Positions 20,228-31,303 of a stretch of 64,000 bases of DNA are shown here, piece after piece; the first letter of the stretch is position 1, and each line of letters opens with the position of its first letter. Below the pieces are notes generated by a model. That model was not told the origin of the DNA and searched no databases. It worked only from the letters and a program-made list of their open reading frames with translations. Source of the stretch: an uncultured Nitrososphaeraceae archaeon (GTDB lineage Archaea; Thermoproteota; Nitrososphaeria; Nitrososphaerales; Nitrososphaeraceae); assembly GCA_963837175.1 (NCBI GenBank), contig CAWIMJ010000047.1, positions 88,619 to 152,618 on the forward strand, read 5' to 3'. The translations under genes and the position numbers were made by a program.

Positions 20228-20637
20228 CAGATTTGAAGTTGTCCTAGGCGATTAAAGTATCTTGCTAATTTATTAGCAACCTGGAGAAATATAAATAAAT
20301 AATGAAAAGAATAGAATATAATTAATATAGGAATTTATTTATATTCCTGTGCTGATGGCTATGTTGTTAGTCGAATATGGTATTCAAAGGCGATTAATTG
20401 GAAAATTAAGCTAGGAATGAGTATCGCTATTGATTCATAATTCTATTCGAAAATAATTGTAATACATATCGCAACAAATTGAGATAAATTGGCATAAGAT
20501 AATACACAACTGCGACATAAATCTGTCAAACTTATATTATAATGAGCTTTTCCGTCAATTGGCAATGGTAATTGGATGGCTTATCCAGCATCTGATGAGG
20601 AAACTCAAAATATAAGCACCTTTTTATATTAATCAAC

Positions 20638-21054
20638 GTGGAACAACAATTCTTTCAGAAATTTTGTGATCAAGTTATTTCGCTTGATTCTTCTATCAGA
20701 TTTGCAGGTTTTGCAGATGAAGATGGCAAAATATTAGCTGTTTCTGAACGAAAAGGTCTCAAGCCATTGTTAACGCCAGAAGAAAGAGCTCAATATGCGA
20801 TTACAGCGGCGACGCGCCAGTATACTCGACTAAGGTGGGAATACTTGTTAGGAAAGATCTATTATGCGAGCTCACACTATGCTAGCCTTATTCGGGCAAC
20901 TATTCCTATTACAAATGACAACAGCAGACTTTCTTATGTATTATTATTATCATTTGATGTTGGTACTGAAAACTTTCACGAAATTATAATGAAAAGGATT
21001 ATGCCCTTAGTTACAAAGAACACAACTAGACTATTAAAGGAAGTAGAAGTTTAA
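20638..21054 (+). CDS. Thaumarchaeal roadblock/profilin-like protein (DUF6659-like)
   Basis: 'CDQVISLDSSIRFAGFADEDGKIL...RKGLKPLLTPEE' pattern. Confidence 0.65.
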   Translation: MEQQFFQKFCDQVISLDSSIRFAGFADEDGKILAVSERKGLKPLLTPEERAQYAITAATRQYTRLRWEYLLGKIYYASSHYASLIRATIPITNDNSRLSYVLLLSFDVGTENFHEIIMKRIMPLVTKNTTRLLKEVEV

Positions 21055-21139
21055 GAAAAACTGGACTTATCAACGAGCCTACCGAATGCATAGGTTGGTA
21101 TACACGATAATGCCTCTTTTTCCTATCCAATATCTTATT

Positions 21140-21919
21140 TTACTGTTTTGCAGATATTCCTCCATCTACAGTTAGAACCGCACCTGTTATCCATTTCGCA
21201 TCATCCGAGCAAAAATAAACAACTGCACTAGAAATATCATCAGGTTCTCCTATTCTCCGTAGCGGAAATGATGATTCAAGGAGTTGTTTTGCATTTTCAT
21301 CTTGCAAATATGGTTCAATCATAGGACTGCGAATTGTCGATGGAGCCACACAGTTACAGCGGATCCCATATGGTCCATATTCTACAGCAATACTTTTAGT
21401 AAACATAATCACTCCTGCCTTTGTAACACCGTACACAGAGAAGGGTACATTAGGTATCGATCTCATTCCCAGTAAAGAAGAAATATTCACAATGCAGCCA
21501 TCTTTCCTATCAATCATGATCGGCAGGATTGCCTTTGTGGTCCTAAATGTTCCAAGGAGATTCGTGTTGATTAGTCCGGTCCATTGGTCATCGGTCATTA
21601 AATGGAATGGCGTAGGATCATAGATTATACCTGCATTATTGATTAAAATATCAATCCTATCAAACGATGAAAGAGCTTGTTCTATAGCATTTAATACTTC
21701 GGCTTCTTTTGTAATATCTGCAGTGACTGGTAAAAGATTCCTGTTGTCGCCAACTTCTGCAATAGTTCGCAGTAGTTTGGACCGATCTCTTCCTATAAGT
21801 ACTACCTTGGTTCCTTCAGAAATCAGGCTTCGCGTTATAGACTTTCCTACGCCTCCTCCTGCACCCGTGACAATCGCAACCTTGCCTTTTAGTTTCATCA
21901 CTTGAAGAACCTCACACAT
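21140..21919 (-). CDS. SDR-family oxidoreductase (FabG-like)
   Basis: TGAGGGVG, NNAG, YGVTK, DGG. Confidence 0.92.
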   Translation of the reverse strand: MCEVLQVMKLKGKVAIVTGAGGGVGKSITRSLISEGTKVVLIGRDRSKLLRTIAEVGDNRNLLPVTADITKEAEVLNAIEQALSSFDRIDILINNAGIIYDPTPFHLMTDDQWTGLINTNLLGTFRTTKAILPIMIDRKDGCIVNISSLLGMRSIPNVPFSVYGVTKAGVIMFTKSIAVEYGPYGIRCNCVAPSTIRSPMIEPYLQDENAKQLLESSFPLRRIGEPDDISSAVVYFCSDDAKWITGAVLTVDGGISAKQ

Positions 21920-22027
21920 TCTTTTTAAAGTACTTTTCGGATAGAATAGTATGGAAAGATAGTGAAATTTTCTTAAGTCAAGGGTATACTTTTAATTTCG
22001 CTTTTTAAAAACAGGATCAAAGGGTTT

Positions 22028-23224
22028 ATGATTTACAAAAGTCGAGACAGTATGGAAATACAAAATCCAATTTCTATAGGTATAGTTGGAGGAGGACAGC
22101 TTGGAAAAATGATTGCTCAAGAGGCAAAACGAATGTCTTTTAGAATAATTGTATTGGATCCTAGTCCTGACTCACCTGCATCCTCGCTATCAGATGAATA
22201 CATTATTGCCAATTTTAAAGACGGAAATGCTATTACAACACTCGCAAGTAAATGCGACGTTTTAACTTATGAGATAGAGCTTGCCAATTCTGAGATACTT
22301 GAAAAATTAGAATCTAAGAATTTTATTATTCATCCTTCCCCACAAACACTCAAAATAATACAAAACAAATTTAGACAAAAGTCATTTTTAAAAGACCACG
22401 GTATACCGGTTGCAGAGTTCGGACTTATAAAATCAGAAACAGATTTAACTAATCTATGTGATAAATTTGGTTATCCTTGCATATTAAAAGTATGTGAAAA
22501 TTCATATGATGGGCGAGGAAACTATATAATTAGCTCAGAAAATAATATTCCTGAATATTCGGATTTCCTCTCTGAAAGACAATGCATGGTGGAGAAATTG
22601 ATTCCTTTTGAGAAAGAGATCTCTGTGATGGTAGCAAGAAATGGCAGTGGTCAAATATCTTCTTTTCCAATTGTAGAAAATATTCATCATAATAACATTC
22701 TAGACACTACCATTGTTCCAGCGAGAATTTCACATACTACAATTGCAAAAGCTAAAGAATTAGCAGAGAAAACCATGAACGCATTGAAGGGGTCTGGAAT
22801 TTTTGGAATAGAAATGTTTGTCACCCCAGATGAAGGCGTACTCGTAAATGAAATAGCACCTCGGCCCCATAATTCCGGCCATTATTCTATAGAAGCATGT
22901 TCAATCTCACAATTTGAACAACACCTTCGAGCTATCCTTGATTTACCATTAGCCAAGCCAGAACTATTGTCACCTGCTGTAATGGTCAATATATTGGGGC
23001 CTGATAATTGCAATGGTGCATATTTGATTAAAGGATTGAAAGGGCTCTTATCAATAGAAGGAGTAACACTTCATATTTATGGCAAAAGGATATCTAGCCC
23101 TAGAAGGAAACTTGGACATATCACTGTGACAGCAAATTCACTCGAGACAGCAATAGCTAGGGCGTATAAGGCCAGAAATATTATAAAAATAGAAGAAGTA
23201 AACAAGGTGATTAAAAATAGATAG
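22028..23224 (+). CDS. purK: N5-CAIR synthase
   Basis: [31 protein letters not shown]. Confidence 0.96.
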   Translation: MIYKSRDSMEIQNPISIGIVGGGQLGKMIAQEAKRMSFRIIVLDPSPDSPASSLSDEYIIANFKDGNAITTLASKCDVLTYEIELANSEILEKLESKNFIIHPSPQTLKIIQNKFRQKSFLKDHGIPVAEFGLIKSETDLTNLCDKFGYPCILKVCENSYDGRGNYIISSENNIPEYSDFLSERQCMVEKLIPFEKEISVMVARNGSGQISSFPIVENIHHNNILDTTIVPARISHTTIAKAKELAEKTMNALKGSGIFGIEMFVTPDEGVLVNEIAPRPHNSGHYSIEACSISQFEQHLRAILDLPLAKPELLSPAVMVNILGPDNCNGAYLIKGLKGLLSIEGVTLHIYGKRISSPRRKLGHITVTANSLETAIARAYKARNIIKIEEVNKVIKNR

Positions 23225-23756
23225 ATGTCTTGTTGGCATAATTATGGGAAGCGATTCAGATCTTTTCGTTATGAAAGAAGCAGCCGAAATATTAAATATA
23301 TTTAGAATTTCTAATGAAATTAAAGTCATCTCAGCCCACAGAACTACCGATAGAATGATAAACTATGCTAATGAAGCCAAAAGAAGAGGAGTTATGGTTA
23401 TCATTGCTGGCGCAGGAGGCGCGGCACATCTTCCAGGAATGGTGGCGGCAATCACATCTATCCCTGTAATAGGTGTTCCCATTAAAACAACCACTCTCCA
23501 TGGTATAGACTCTTTAATGTCAATAGTACAAATGCCTGCAGGAATCCCAGTTGCCACAGTTGCAATCAATGGAGCAAAGAACGCAGGCATACTTGCTAGC
23601 CAAATATTGGGCCTAAAATTTTCAAAGATAGCTACGAAGGTTGAAAAATATAAGAGAGAATTGAAATATAATGTAATTCATCAAGCAGAGAAGCTTGAGA
23701 GGATGGGATTTGAGAAATATCTAGCAGAGAGATTACAGGGCGACACGAAAAAATAG
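23217..23756 (+). CDS. purE: N5-CAIR mutase; start probably upstream of ATG 23244 (candidate ATA 23217)
   Basis: [42 protein letters not shown]. Confidence 0.95.
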   Translation: MDRCLVGIIMGSDSDLFVMKEAAEILNIFRISNEIKVISAHRTTDRMINYANEAKRRGVMVIIAGAGGAAHLPGMVAAITSIPVIGVPIKTTTLHGIDSLMSIVQMPAGIPVATVAINGAKNAGILASQILGLKFSKIATKVEKYKRELKYNVIHQAEKLERMGFEKYLAERLQGDTKK

Positions 23757-23787
23757 TATGTCCTAAAATGTAAGATTATGATAAAAA

Positions 23788-24180
23788 TCATGAGCCAATC
23801 ATGCCAGGAAGCTTAATAGGTTTTCTATATTCTTTAGCCACCTTGATGCCTTCCTTAGCAGTAACCTCTACAATGTCTAAGCGGCTGCCTTCAGGTGGAG
23901 AGAGATAGATTTTTTCTCCAGGATTTATAATTTTGATGGAGTCATTTCGGTTGCCGTAATAGACCACAACATCAGTTAATGGTTGTCTTCCTGTATTCGT
24001 TAGAGTAATTCTTGCATTTACAAACAAAGATTGTTCATCCTTGATTGCATCCACATCGATAGAATAGTCTTTAGTAGGAATTAGAGAAATAAGCAGAATG
24101 GTTACGAGTGTCACAGCAAAGATAATAGTAACGGCTAGCATTATTATCATAATGCGCATAAATATAGACTCATAAATCAA
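23788..24180 (-). CDS. Hypothetical membrane-anchored protein
   Basis: N-terminal TM helix followed by a beta-rich Ig-like part (TLTNTGRQPLTDV). Confidence 0.7.
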   Translation of the reverse strand: MIYESIFMRIMIIMLAVTIIFAVTLVTILLISLIPTKDYSIDVDAIKDEQSLFVNARITLTNTGRQPLTDVVVYYGNRNDSIKIINPGEKIYLSPPEGSRLDIVEVTAKEGIKVAKEYRKPIKLPGMIGS

Positions 24181-24332
24181 TATTATTAAGTTAGCCCTTG
24201 TTTAATACATTAGAACTACTAAGATCAATCTCTTACATTAGCTGTCACTTTTTTAAAATCGAGTCCTCTGTATGAAAAAAACAGAAAGAAAATTAATGAG
24301 GCGTTTCGATGTCGTAATCACCTATAATTTTA

Positions 24333-25772
24333 TTATTCATCACCCTTCATCTCTTCTCTTGTCTTGAAAATCGGTTTTATTCCAAGAGAGGAATAATCAC
24401 CTGTTGTACAGGTAAAACAGAGCTCTTCTTCCGGCAATCCAATTGCATCTGCTAAGTTAGAAGTATTATTATAGGCTAAAAAATCTGCATCAATGACTCT
24501 TGCAACTTTGGCCTCAAGATCGATCTTAGAAATTTCACCTTTTGCCTGTTGATAAGCTAAAAGCTCACTTTGTGAAGGAAAATCAATGCCTGCGTAACAC
24601 GGAAACCGTATAGGAGGGTAAGTGATAATCATATTTATTTGGTTGGCTCTAGCAGAACGTAATGTCTTTATAATAGAAGCAGAGCTTGTTCCTCTGACAA
24701 TACTATCGTCAACAATAACCACGTTTTTCCCTTCAATTACATCACGGATGGGTATGATGCCCTTGTTGATTTCCAATCTATCTTCCTGATATGGCTCTAT
24801 GAAACTTCTCATTAATCCCTTTTTTCTGTACATATCTTTGAGTAAACCTTCCTCAAAAGGTATACCTAATTGCTGAGCGTATCCCAAAGCTGCTGGCCGT
24901 GCAGAATCAGGTACTGGTATGACCACTTCTGCATCTCTTACTGGAAATTTTTTTGCTAAAATGTGTCCTATTCTCTTTCTTGCCGCATAAACATTTATTC
25001 CCTCCATTATACTGCTTGGATGTGCAAAATAAGTGTACTCAAATGCACAGTGAGCATGTGGCCAATCATTAGAAAACCGGCGTATCTGCATCCCATCTTT
25101 ATCCATTTTTACAAGTTCTCCTGGTTGCACGTCACGTATTAGTCGAGCTCCTATCGCAGATAAAGCACATGATTCAGATGCAACTATGTAGGTGTTGCTT
25201 TCCTTATGAAAACCCAAAACAAGAGGCCGGAATCCTTTATTATCGCGCGCGGCATAAACCGAACCACTGTCGGTTAAAAATGTAAAGCAGAAAGAGCCCA
25301 CCATTTCACCCCTCAAAATGTTTACAGCTTCTGTCATGTCACGTGTATCCGCTAAATGCATAACAAGTCGCTTTGCAACAACTAGGGTATCGCTCATAGT
25401 TTGCGGTGTAAAACTGCATCCACCAACCATTCCTGATAACTCCTCTACATTCGCAATGGTACCATTATGTGCTATGCATAGATCCTTAATCTTCAGTGGT
25501 TGAGCGTTTTCCAATGTACTCTTACCGAAGGTAGAATAACGAACATGTCCTATTGCAGCATACGAATTATACCTTCTAATAACAGTTGGAAATTCGGGTG
25601 CTGCCATTGAAACCAGGCCGAGCCGCTTAAATGGAGGTTTACCAGGGACCGCCACTCCCCATGCTTCCTGTCCTCTATGTTGAAGCGCACGAAGTGAATC
25701 AATTACAAATGGTATAACGTTCTTATCATTTAAAGAAAATGCGGCCACTAGCCCGCAATTTTCATGGACCAT
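24333..25772 (-). CDS. purF: Amidophosphoribosyltransferase
   Basis: ENCGL (Ntn Cys), LQHRGQE, GHVRYST, VDDSIVRG. Confidence 0.97.
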   Translation of the reverse strand: MVHENCGLVAAFSLNDKNVIPFVIDSLRALQHRGQEAWGVAVPGKPPFKRLGLVSMAAPEFPTVIRRYNSYAAIGHVRYSTFGKSTLENAQPLKIKDLCIAHNGTIANVEELSGMVGGCSFTPQTMSDTLVVAKRLVMHLADTRDMTEAVNILRGEMVGSFCFTFLTDSGSVYAARDNKGFRPLVLGFHKESNTYIVASESCALSAIGARLIRDVQPGELVKMDKDGMQIRRFSNDWPHAHCAFEYTYFAHPSSIMEGINVYAARKRIGHILAKKFPVRDAEVVIPVPDSARPAALGYAQQLGIPFEEGLLKDMYRKKGLMRSFIEPYQEDRLEINKGIIPIRDVIEGKNVVIVDDSIVRGTSSASIIKTLRSARANQINMIITYPPIRFPCYAGIDFPSQSELLAYQQAKGEISKIDLEAKVARVIDADFLAYNNTSNLADAIGLPEEELCFTCTTGDYSSLGIKPIFKTREEMKGDE

Positions 25773-25893
25773 TTCAATTATCCTATTCTCCTATATCCTC
25801 TCAAAATGTGAATTACGTTTAAATAAAATGAGCATAACTGTTGATGTTCATGCTGATTATATTCCAAGAGTGACAGTGAAGTCAATGAAATCA

Positions 25894-28116
25894 CTAAAAA
25901 ACATTCTTATTTCCATGTGTATGTGCTGCTCTATTCATTATTCGTTCCAATTCGCGATAACTTTCAGTCAAATTTTTTATAGATAATTTTACAATTTCCT
26001 TGTCTTTTTTTATTATAAATCTAACCCGGTTATCATCACCTGTCACATAGCCAATCTGAGTAAAGTCAATTCCCTTGATGTTAGCCAGATATTTTTCAAC
26101 ATCAGTTGGTTTACTTGTGCCTATAATGTATCGAGAGTGGGATTCTGAAAATAATAGATTGTCTATTCTCGAACACGAATTCAATATAGAATCTAAATTT
26201 ATGACAATTCCAGTCTGTCCCTGTATTGCCATTTCAGCTAATGCTACTGCTAATCCTCCTTTAGAGCAATCATGAACACAATCAACTAAATTCTTCCTAA
26301 TAAGTTTAAGAACAACCTGGCCGTTAAGTTTATCTCTTCGAAGGCATAAGGTAGGAACATTTCCCCCAACTATATTATGATAGTATTCATAGTATTCAGA
26401 TCCACCCATTTCATCTAAAGTAGAACCAATTATGAAAATAGAATTCTCAGGCTTTAAACCACATTGCATAATCAATGATTCTTTCTCTATCAATCCAATC
26501 ATACCTATGACTGGAGACGGTTTAATCGCTCCTCTAGTAGTTTCATTGTAAAAACTTACCTTTCCACCAACCACTGGTGTTTTCATGTATCTGCAAAAAC
26601 TAGATATTGCATTTATTGCCTGAATAAAAGTCCAAAATATCTCTGGATCTTCAGGACTTCCAAATTGCAGGTGATCAATTACGCCTGTAGGCTCAGCACC
26701 GGTAGAGATTATATTTCTTCTAACTTCCGACAAACATCCCAAAGTTCCTTGATACGGATCCAAAAAACAGTGTTTCGAATTGCCGTCAAGTTTGACGGAA
26801 ATAAATTTACCACTAGTTATTTTCAAAACACTAGCATCGCCTAATCCTGGTTTCAATACAGTCCGAACCCCGACTTCATGATCAAATTGGCGATACACCC
26901 AAGATTTTTCAGCTATCGAAGGATTCGACATCATCGAAAGAAGAACTTTATTCAGATCGTTGGGAATATTTAATCTAATAATTTTCTTGCGCAATTCTTT
27001 TAGATAATCTGGTGATTTTGATTTTCTTAGGACAAGAGGTGGATTTGCTATGAGATTTGATGGCATGTGAGCCACCAATTTACCATTATTTCTTATAACG
27101 AGGTTCTGATGCTTTCTCACTCTACCTATTACTGCGTAGTTAAGATCATATTTGTCAAATATTGCTTTCAGTGTATCAATTTTGCTCTCATTTGTAATAT
27201 ACATCATCCTTTCCTGAGATTCTGATATAATCAATTCGATTGGTAGCATGTTCTTGTGTTTAGTGTGAATCGACGCTAATTCGATATCAAAGCCTCTTTT
27301 CAAATCGTCTGATGTTTCTGACAGACAACACGCAAGACCGCCTCCGCCTAAATCTTTTATAGCCTTTATACAACCTTGCTCTGACGCTTCAATTGTTGCC
27401 TCCAGTAGCAACTTTTCTAAAAATGGGTCGGGGATTTGGATTGCAGATCTGTTTTCCTCTTTTAAAGTCTTAGAAGCAAAAGACGCCCCGTGGATACCAT
27501 CTCTACCCGTGGAGCCTCCTGCAAGAACGACTAAATCATTAATTTTAGCACTATTCGTAATAATTCGATCTTTTCTTCCAATTCCTATCGACGCCACATC
27601 TACTAGACAGTAGTCTTCAAAGGAGGAATCAAATTCGACCTCACCTCCTATGGTTGGCACTCCAATACAGTTACCATAATCAGCGATACCCCGTACAACA
27701 TTCCTGAATAACCATTTAGACTTAGAATATTTATTATTTGTTTTTGTAAGTGGAGAAAATCGCAGTGCATTTAACAGAGCTATTGGACGTGTCCCCATAG
27801 ATATAATGTCCCTTAGTACTCCTCCTACACCCGTTGCAGCGCCTCCATAGGGTTCAATTGCAGAGGGGTGATTATGACTTTCTATGTGAACCGTAATTAT
27901 AAAACCGTCTCCAATATCAAGTATTCCAGCATCATAGCCTGGACCTACTAGAACTCTTCTTCCCTTTGTCGGTAGCAATTTGAGATATTTTTTCGAAGAT
28001 TTGTATGAACAATGCTCAGACCACTCTGCACTTACAATATTTAGCTCCGCTTCATTCGGATATCGTCCTAATTTATTTTTTAGATAATCTACTTCTTTAC
28101 TAGTTAGGCTACTCAT
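25894..28116 (-). CDS. purL: FGAM synthase subunit PurL
   Basis: WSEHCSYKSS, ESHNHPSAIEPYGGAATGVGG, SESQERM, GGKVSFYNE. Confidence 0.97.
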   Translation of the reverse strand: MSSLTSKEVDYLKNKLGRYPNEAELNIVSAEWSEHCSYKSSKKYLKLLPTKGRRVLVGPGYDAGILDIGDGFIITVHIESHNHPSAIEPYGGAATGVGGVLRDIISMGTRPIALLNALRFSPLTKTNNKYSKSKWLFRNVVRGIADYGNCIGVPTIGGEVEFDSSFEDYCLVDVASIGIGRKDRIITNSAKINDLVVLAGGSTGRDGIHGASFASKTLKEENRSAIQIPDPFLEKLLLEATIEASEQGCIKAIKDLGGGGLACCLSETSDDLKRGFDIELASIHTKHKNMLPIELIISESQERMMYITNESKIDTLKAIFDKYDLNYAVIGRVRKHQNLVIRNNGKLVAHMPSNLIANPPLVLRKSKSPDYLKELRKKIIRLNIPNDLNKVLLSMMSNPSIAEKSWVYRQFDHEVGVRTVLKPGLGDASVLKITSGKFISVKLDGNSKHCFLDPYQGTLGCLSEVRRNIISTGAEPTGVIDHLQFGSPEDPEIFWTFIQAINAISSFCRYMKTPVVGGKVSFYNETTRGAIKPSPVIGMIGLIEKESLIMQCGLKPENSIFIIGSTLDEMGGSEYYEYYHNIVGGNVPTLCLRRDKLNGQVVLKLIRKNLVDCVHDCSKGGLAVALAEMAIQGQTGIVINLDSILNSCSRIDNLLFSESHSRYIIGTSKPTDVEKYLANIKGIDFTQIGYVTGDDNRVRFIIKKDKEIVKLSIKNLTESYRELERIMNRAAHTHGNKNVF

Positions 28117-28141
28117 TCTTTTTCACAATTATTCTATTTAC

Positions 28142-28843
28142 TTACTTAGGAAGATCCTGTTTGATATTCAAGTAAGATAATAATGATGTAAATATGGCGT
28201 TTGCTTCATTAGAAATTCTGTCAGGCACTAGAATATTTTCAACAGCCCTTTCAGGGTGAGGCATCATTCCCATTACATTAAGATCATCATTGCACACTCC
28301 AGCAATCAACTCGGTAGATCCATTTGGATCGTCCTTAGTATATTTTAAGACAATTCTATTTTCCTTTTTTAAAGTTATTAATTCTTTATTGTCTGCTATA
28401 TACCTTCCTTCGCCATGAGCAATAGGAATTATAAATTCTTTATTCCTTTCAAATTTACTGGTAAATGGTGTTCTATTATTAAGTATTTTGACTCTTGTCC
28501 ATCTGCAGATAAATTGGAGGGTATTGTTCATTGTCAAAGCTCCCGGGAGTAGGCCTGATTCAACGAGTATTTGAAAGCCATTGCAGATACCAAGGATCGG
28601 GATACCATCTTTTGCAAGTACTTTTACTGCACGCATTATCGGGCTTCGAGCGGCGATGGCACCTGCACGTAACCTATCACCATAAGCAAATCCCCCAGGA
28701 ATGATTATCGCCTCATACTTTGTGAGATCATCTTTTGTATGCCAAAGCAGATCTGTCTGAATCCCAAAGGAGTTTTGTAATACATAATTGACATCTCGAT
28801 CGCAATTGCTTCCGGGGAAAACCACAATTCCAATCTTTGCCAT
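28142..28843 (-). CDS. purQ: FGAM synthase glutaminase subunit
   Basis: FPGSNCDRD, GICNGFQIL, MMPHPER. Confidence 0.97.
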   Translation of the reverse strand: MAKIGIVVFPGSNCDRDVNYVLQNSFGIQTDLLWHTKDDLTKYEAIIIPGGFAYGDRLRAGAIAARSPIMRAVKVLAKDGIPILGICNGFQILVESGLLPGALTMNNTLQFICRWTRVKILNNRTPFTSKFERNKEFIIPIAHGEGRYIADNKELITLKKENRIVLKYTKDDPNGSTELIAGVCNDDLNVMGMMPHPERAVENILVPDRISNEANAIFTSLLSYLNIKQDLPK

Positions 28844-29043
28844 CCTTGTATAGTGACTTGACTTTACGATGCTCGTATTAAAATCTTCGGAAAAAACTAG
28901 CCAGCTTATTATTTTTCATATTTGTTAATATCTGATAATTTTCATTTTAAGGAGATTTTACCCATATGATTTTTGAAAGTAATTGAATTATTGAAAATAG
29001 ATAAGTTCAAAGTATTTATTCTCAACAGAAAGGAAATACTATA

Positions 29044-29463
29044 ATGCCCAAGGTTGTTCGAGATATAATGACAAAAAACGTGGTTACTATTGAAGCAAAT
29101 AGAACAGCGTTGGAAGCAGCCAAAATAATGGCCGAGAAGGGTATTAGTTCATTAATTGTCCTAAAGGATCAAGATCCAGTAGGTATTATAACAGAACGTG
29201 ATTTCGTTAAGAAGATTTGCATCAAAGAACTAAACGTATCACGTGTAAAAGTCAACGAAGTTATGTCAAAGCTTCGCACTTTTGCCGATCCAGAGATACC
29301 GATCGAAGTGGCCGTGCAGAGAATGGTAAATCACAAGATCCGTAGATTACCAATTATGGAAGATGGTAAAGTTGTAGGAATTATTACAGTTACAGACTTA
29401 GCAAAATATTTACGCACAATATTGCTGATTGAGGGAGCACTTTCTGAGCAGAGCAATTCTTAA
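29044..29463 (+). CDS. CBS-domain protein
   Basis: VGIITERD and VGIITVTD tandem CBS motifs. Confidence 0.9.
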   Translation: MPKVVRDIMTKNVVTIEANRTALEAAKIMAEKGISSLIVLKDQDPVGIITERDFVKKICIKELNVSRVKVNEVMSKLRTFADPEIPIEVAVQRMVNHKIRRLPIMEDGKVVGIITVTDLAKYLRTILLIEGALSEQSNS

Positions 29464-29661
29464 AAACAATTATGGCTTAAATTTTAATAAAGACGCAATT
29501 AATACTTCAATACTTGCCATATAACCGCGCGCTTTCACAGTAACTGTCATTACACCTATTAATTTCTCTTAAGGAGTAATAGATAAGCGTATTCGTTCTA
29601 GAATATTATAACGTTTTCCTGACTCACCATTAACTAGCCGATTCATAAACATCAATATAGA

Positions 29662-29952
29662 TTATTCTACTTTACCTATTGATCTAACTATGCAATCACT
29701 TATGACAGGATTATAAATACGCAGTTCTCTACAAAGATTGTTAACGATTTTTTCTGCAGTTTTTTCAGACCTCGCAGTTACTATGATTTTCAACGTCTTA
29801 GAGGCCCTTACTGACTCAATATTTGAATATCCTCCTTTAACTATAAGGTCATGATGGATGGTTTCACCCTCTGGATCATCGACAAATTGTTTATTTTCTA
29901 TTGTAACCAAAACAATAAATTTACGATATTTTGACTCTTGAGTCATGGCCAT
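29662..29952 (-). CDS. purS: FGAM synthase subunit PurS
   Basis: DPEGETI, 'VRASK', 'NPVI'; purQ/purL context. Confidence 0.9.
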   Translation of the reverse strand: MAMTQESKYRKFIVLVTIENKQFVDDPEGETIHHDLIVKGGYSNIESVRASKTLKIIVTARSEKTAEKIVNNLCRELRIYNPVISDCIVRSIGKVE

Positions 29953-30066
29953 CTCTATTAATTATTTATGCTAAACATTTAAACTCACCTAAGAAGATTA
30001 ATTTGTGGATATGCCGAAGGTATTAATTACGCTCGTCAAATCTTTTCTCATAATTTCTTAACGTTT

Positions 30067-30141
30067 GGTCATGTAGCTCAGCCTGGTAAGAGCGAAGGTT
30101 TTGTAAACCTTAGGTCGTGGGTTCGAATCCCACCATGACCT
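30067..30141 (+). tRNA. tRNA-Thr(TGT), intronless, atypical acceptor stem
   Basis: GGTCATG/CATGACC+T73; D stem GCTC/GAGC; AAGGT-TTTGTAA-ACCTT; GTGGG-TTCGAAT-CCCAC. Confidence 0.9.
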
Positions 30142-30275
30142 TCAATCGAGGTTTGAAAGGAAGTCATTATTATGATGAAGGACATTTGAAAGATATTCAC
30201 GAGACAAATTTGCACGATAGAAAAATATAATTTCAACGATGAGATTTTATTTTACCTTCGGCTAGGAAAATTTAA

Positions 30276-31115
30276 ATGAAAATGCTTCGTCAAGGCAAGG
30301 TAAAAGATTTGTACGAATTAGATAATGGCAATATTATGTTTTATTTTTCTGATCGTGTATCTGCATTCGATATCAAGATGCCTACTCCTATCTCTAGAAA
30401 AGGTGAAGTACTTTGTAAATTTGCAAAATTCTGGTTTGAATGTCTTGGCACAAAACATCATATGGTCAGCATTCAAGATAACGACAAAATGGAGGTTAAG
30501 AGAATGGAGATGATCCCTATAGAGTGTGTCGTCAGAGGTTACTTTTACGGGACTCTAGAAGAACGCTATAACAAGGGCAATAGGCATGATTTGCTCTCTA
30601 GTTCTTTCGTTCCAGTTAAGGCTTCAAAATTATTTGAGCCTATTTTTGATCCAACTACGAAATCTGAAGAACATGATCTCCCGACGACTAAGGAGGAAAT
30701 TATGTCTTCTTGTCTGTTGTCCTCAAAAGATTATGATTATGTAAAAGAAACCTCTCTCATGCTGTATAATAAAATGAGCTCAATCGTCGAAAGTGCTGGA
30801 TTTATTATCGCGGATGTTAAATTTGAATTCGGCCGAGATGTAAGAACTGGCGAAATTTTGTTAGGTGATTCTCTTGGACCAGATGAATTTCGACTTTGGT
30901 TAAAGGGTGATTATACACCTGGAAAAATCCAAGAAAGTTACGACAAGCAATTGTTAAGGGATTGGCTTGTTAAAATTGGTTTCAAAGAAAAGGTAGATGA
31001 ATATTCAAAGAAAGGAGAAAAGCCGCCGCCTCCTTTAATCCCGACAGAAATTGCAACAGAATTAAGTAAAAGATATATTTTTGCATATGAAAAAATCAGC
31101 GGGAAAAAATTGTAG
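30276..31115 (+). CDS. purC: SAICAR synthase
   Basis: GKVKDLY, SDRVSAFD, PIECVVRGY, DVKFEFG, YDKQLLRDW. Confidence 0.96.
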   Translation: MKMLRQGKVKDLYELDNGNIMFYFSDRVSAFDIKMPTPISRKGEVLCKFAKFWFECLGTKHHMVSIQDNDKMEVKRMEMIPIECVVRGYFYGTLEERYNKGNRHDLLSSSFVPVKASKLFEPIFDPTTKSEEHDLPTTKEEIMSSCLLSSKDYDYVKETSLMLYNKMSSIVESAGFIIADVKFEFGRDVRTGEILLGDSLGPDEFRLWLKGDYTPGKIQESYDKQLLRDWLVKIGFKEKVDEYSKKGEKPPPPLIPTEIATELSKRYIFAYEKISGKKL

Positions 31116-31303
31116 TGGTTTAGAAAGAACGAACAAATATTTGTGAGTATCGCAGCGAGTTTAAACTGGTGTATGCATCGAAACGTTAGTTTCTAGGGAT
31201 ATTAGCCAGACCTCGAGTATGCAATCAGCTCGATTTATACATCAAACGACTCCTGCGGTTAATTGTCAAAATATTGATATCCTAAGATGTATTGATCACT
31301 CCG

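Noticed and set aside
20555-20612. 'ggcaatgg...ctgatgaggaaactca' resembling a hammerhead core, fluoride riboswitch or C/D box
   Set aside because: No stem II or flanking stems for a hammerhead, no P1 closure for a crcB riboswitch, and no properly spaced box pair; only short hairpins.
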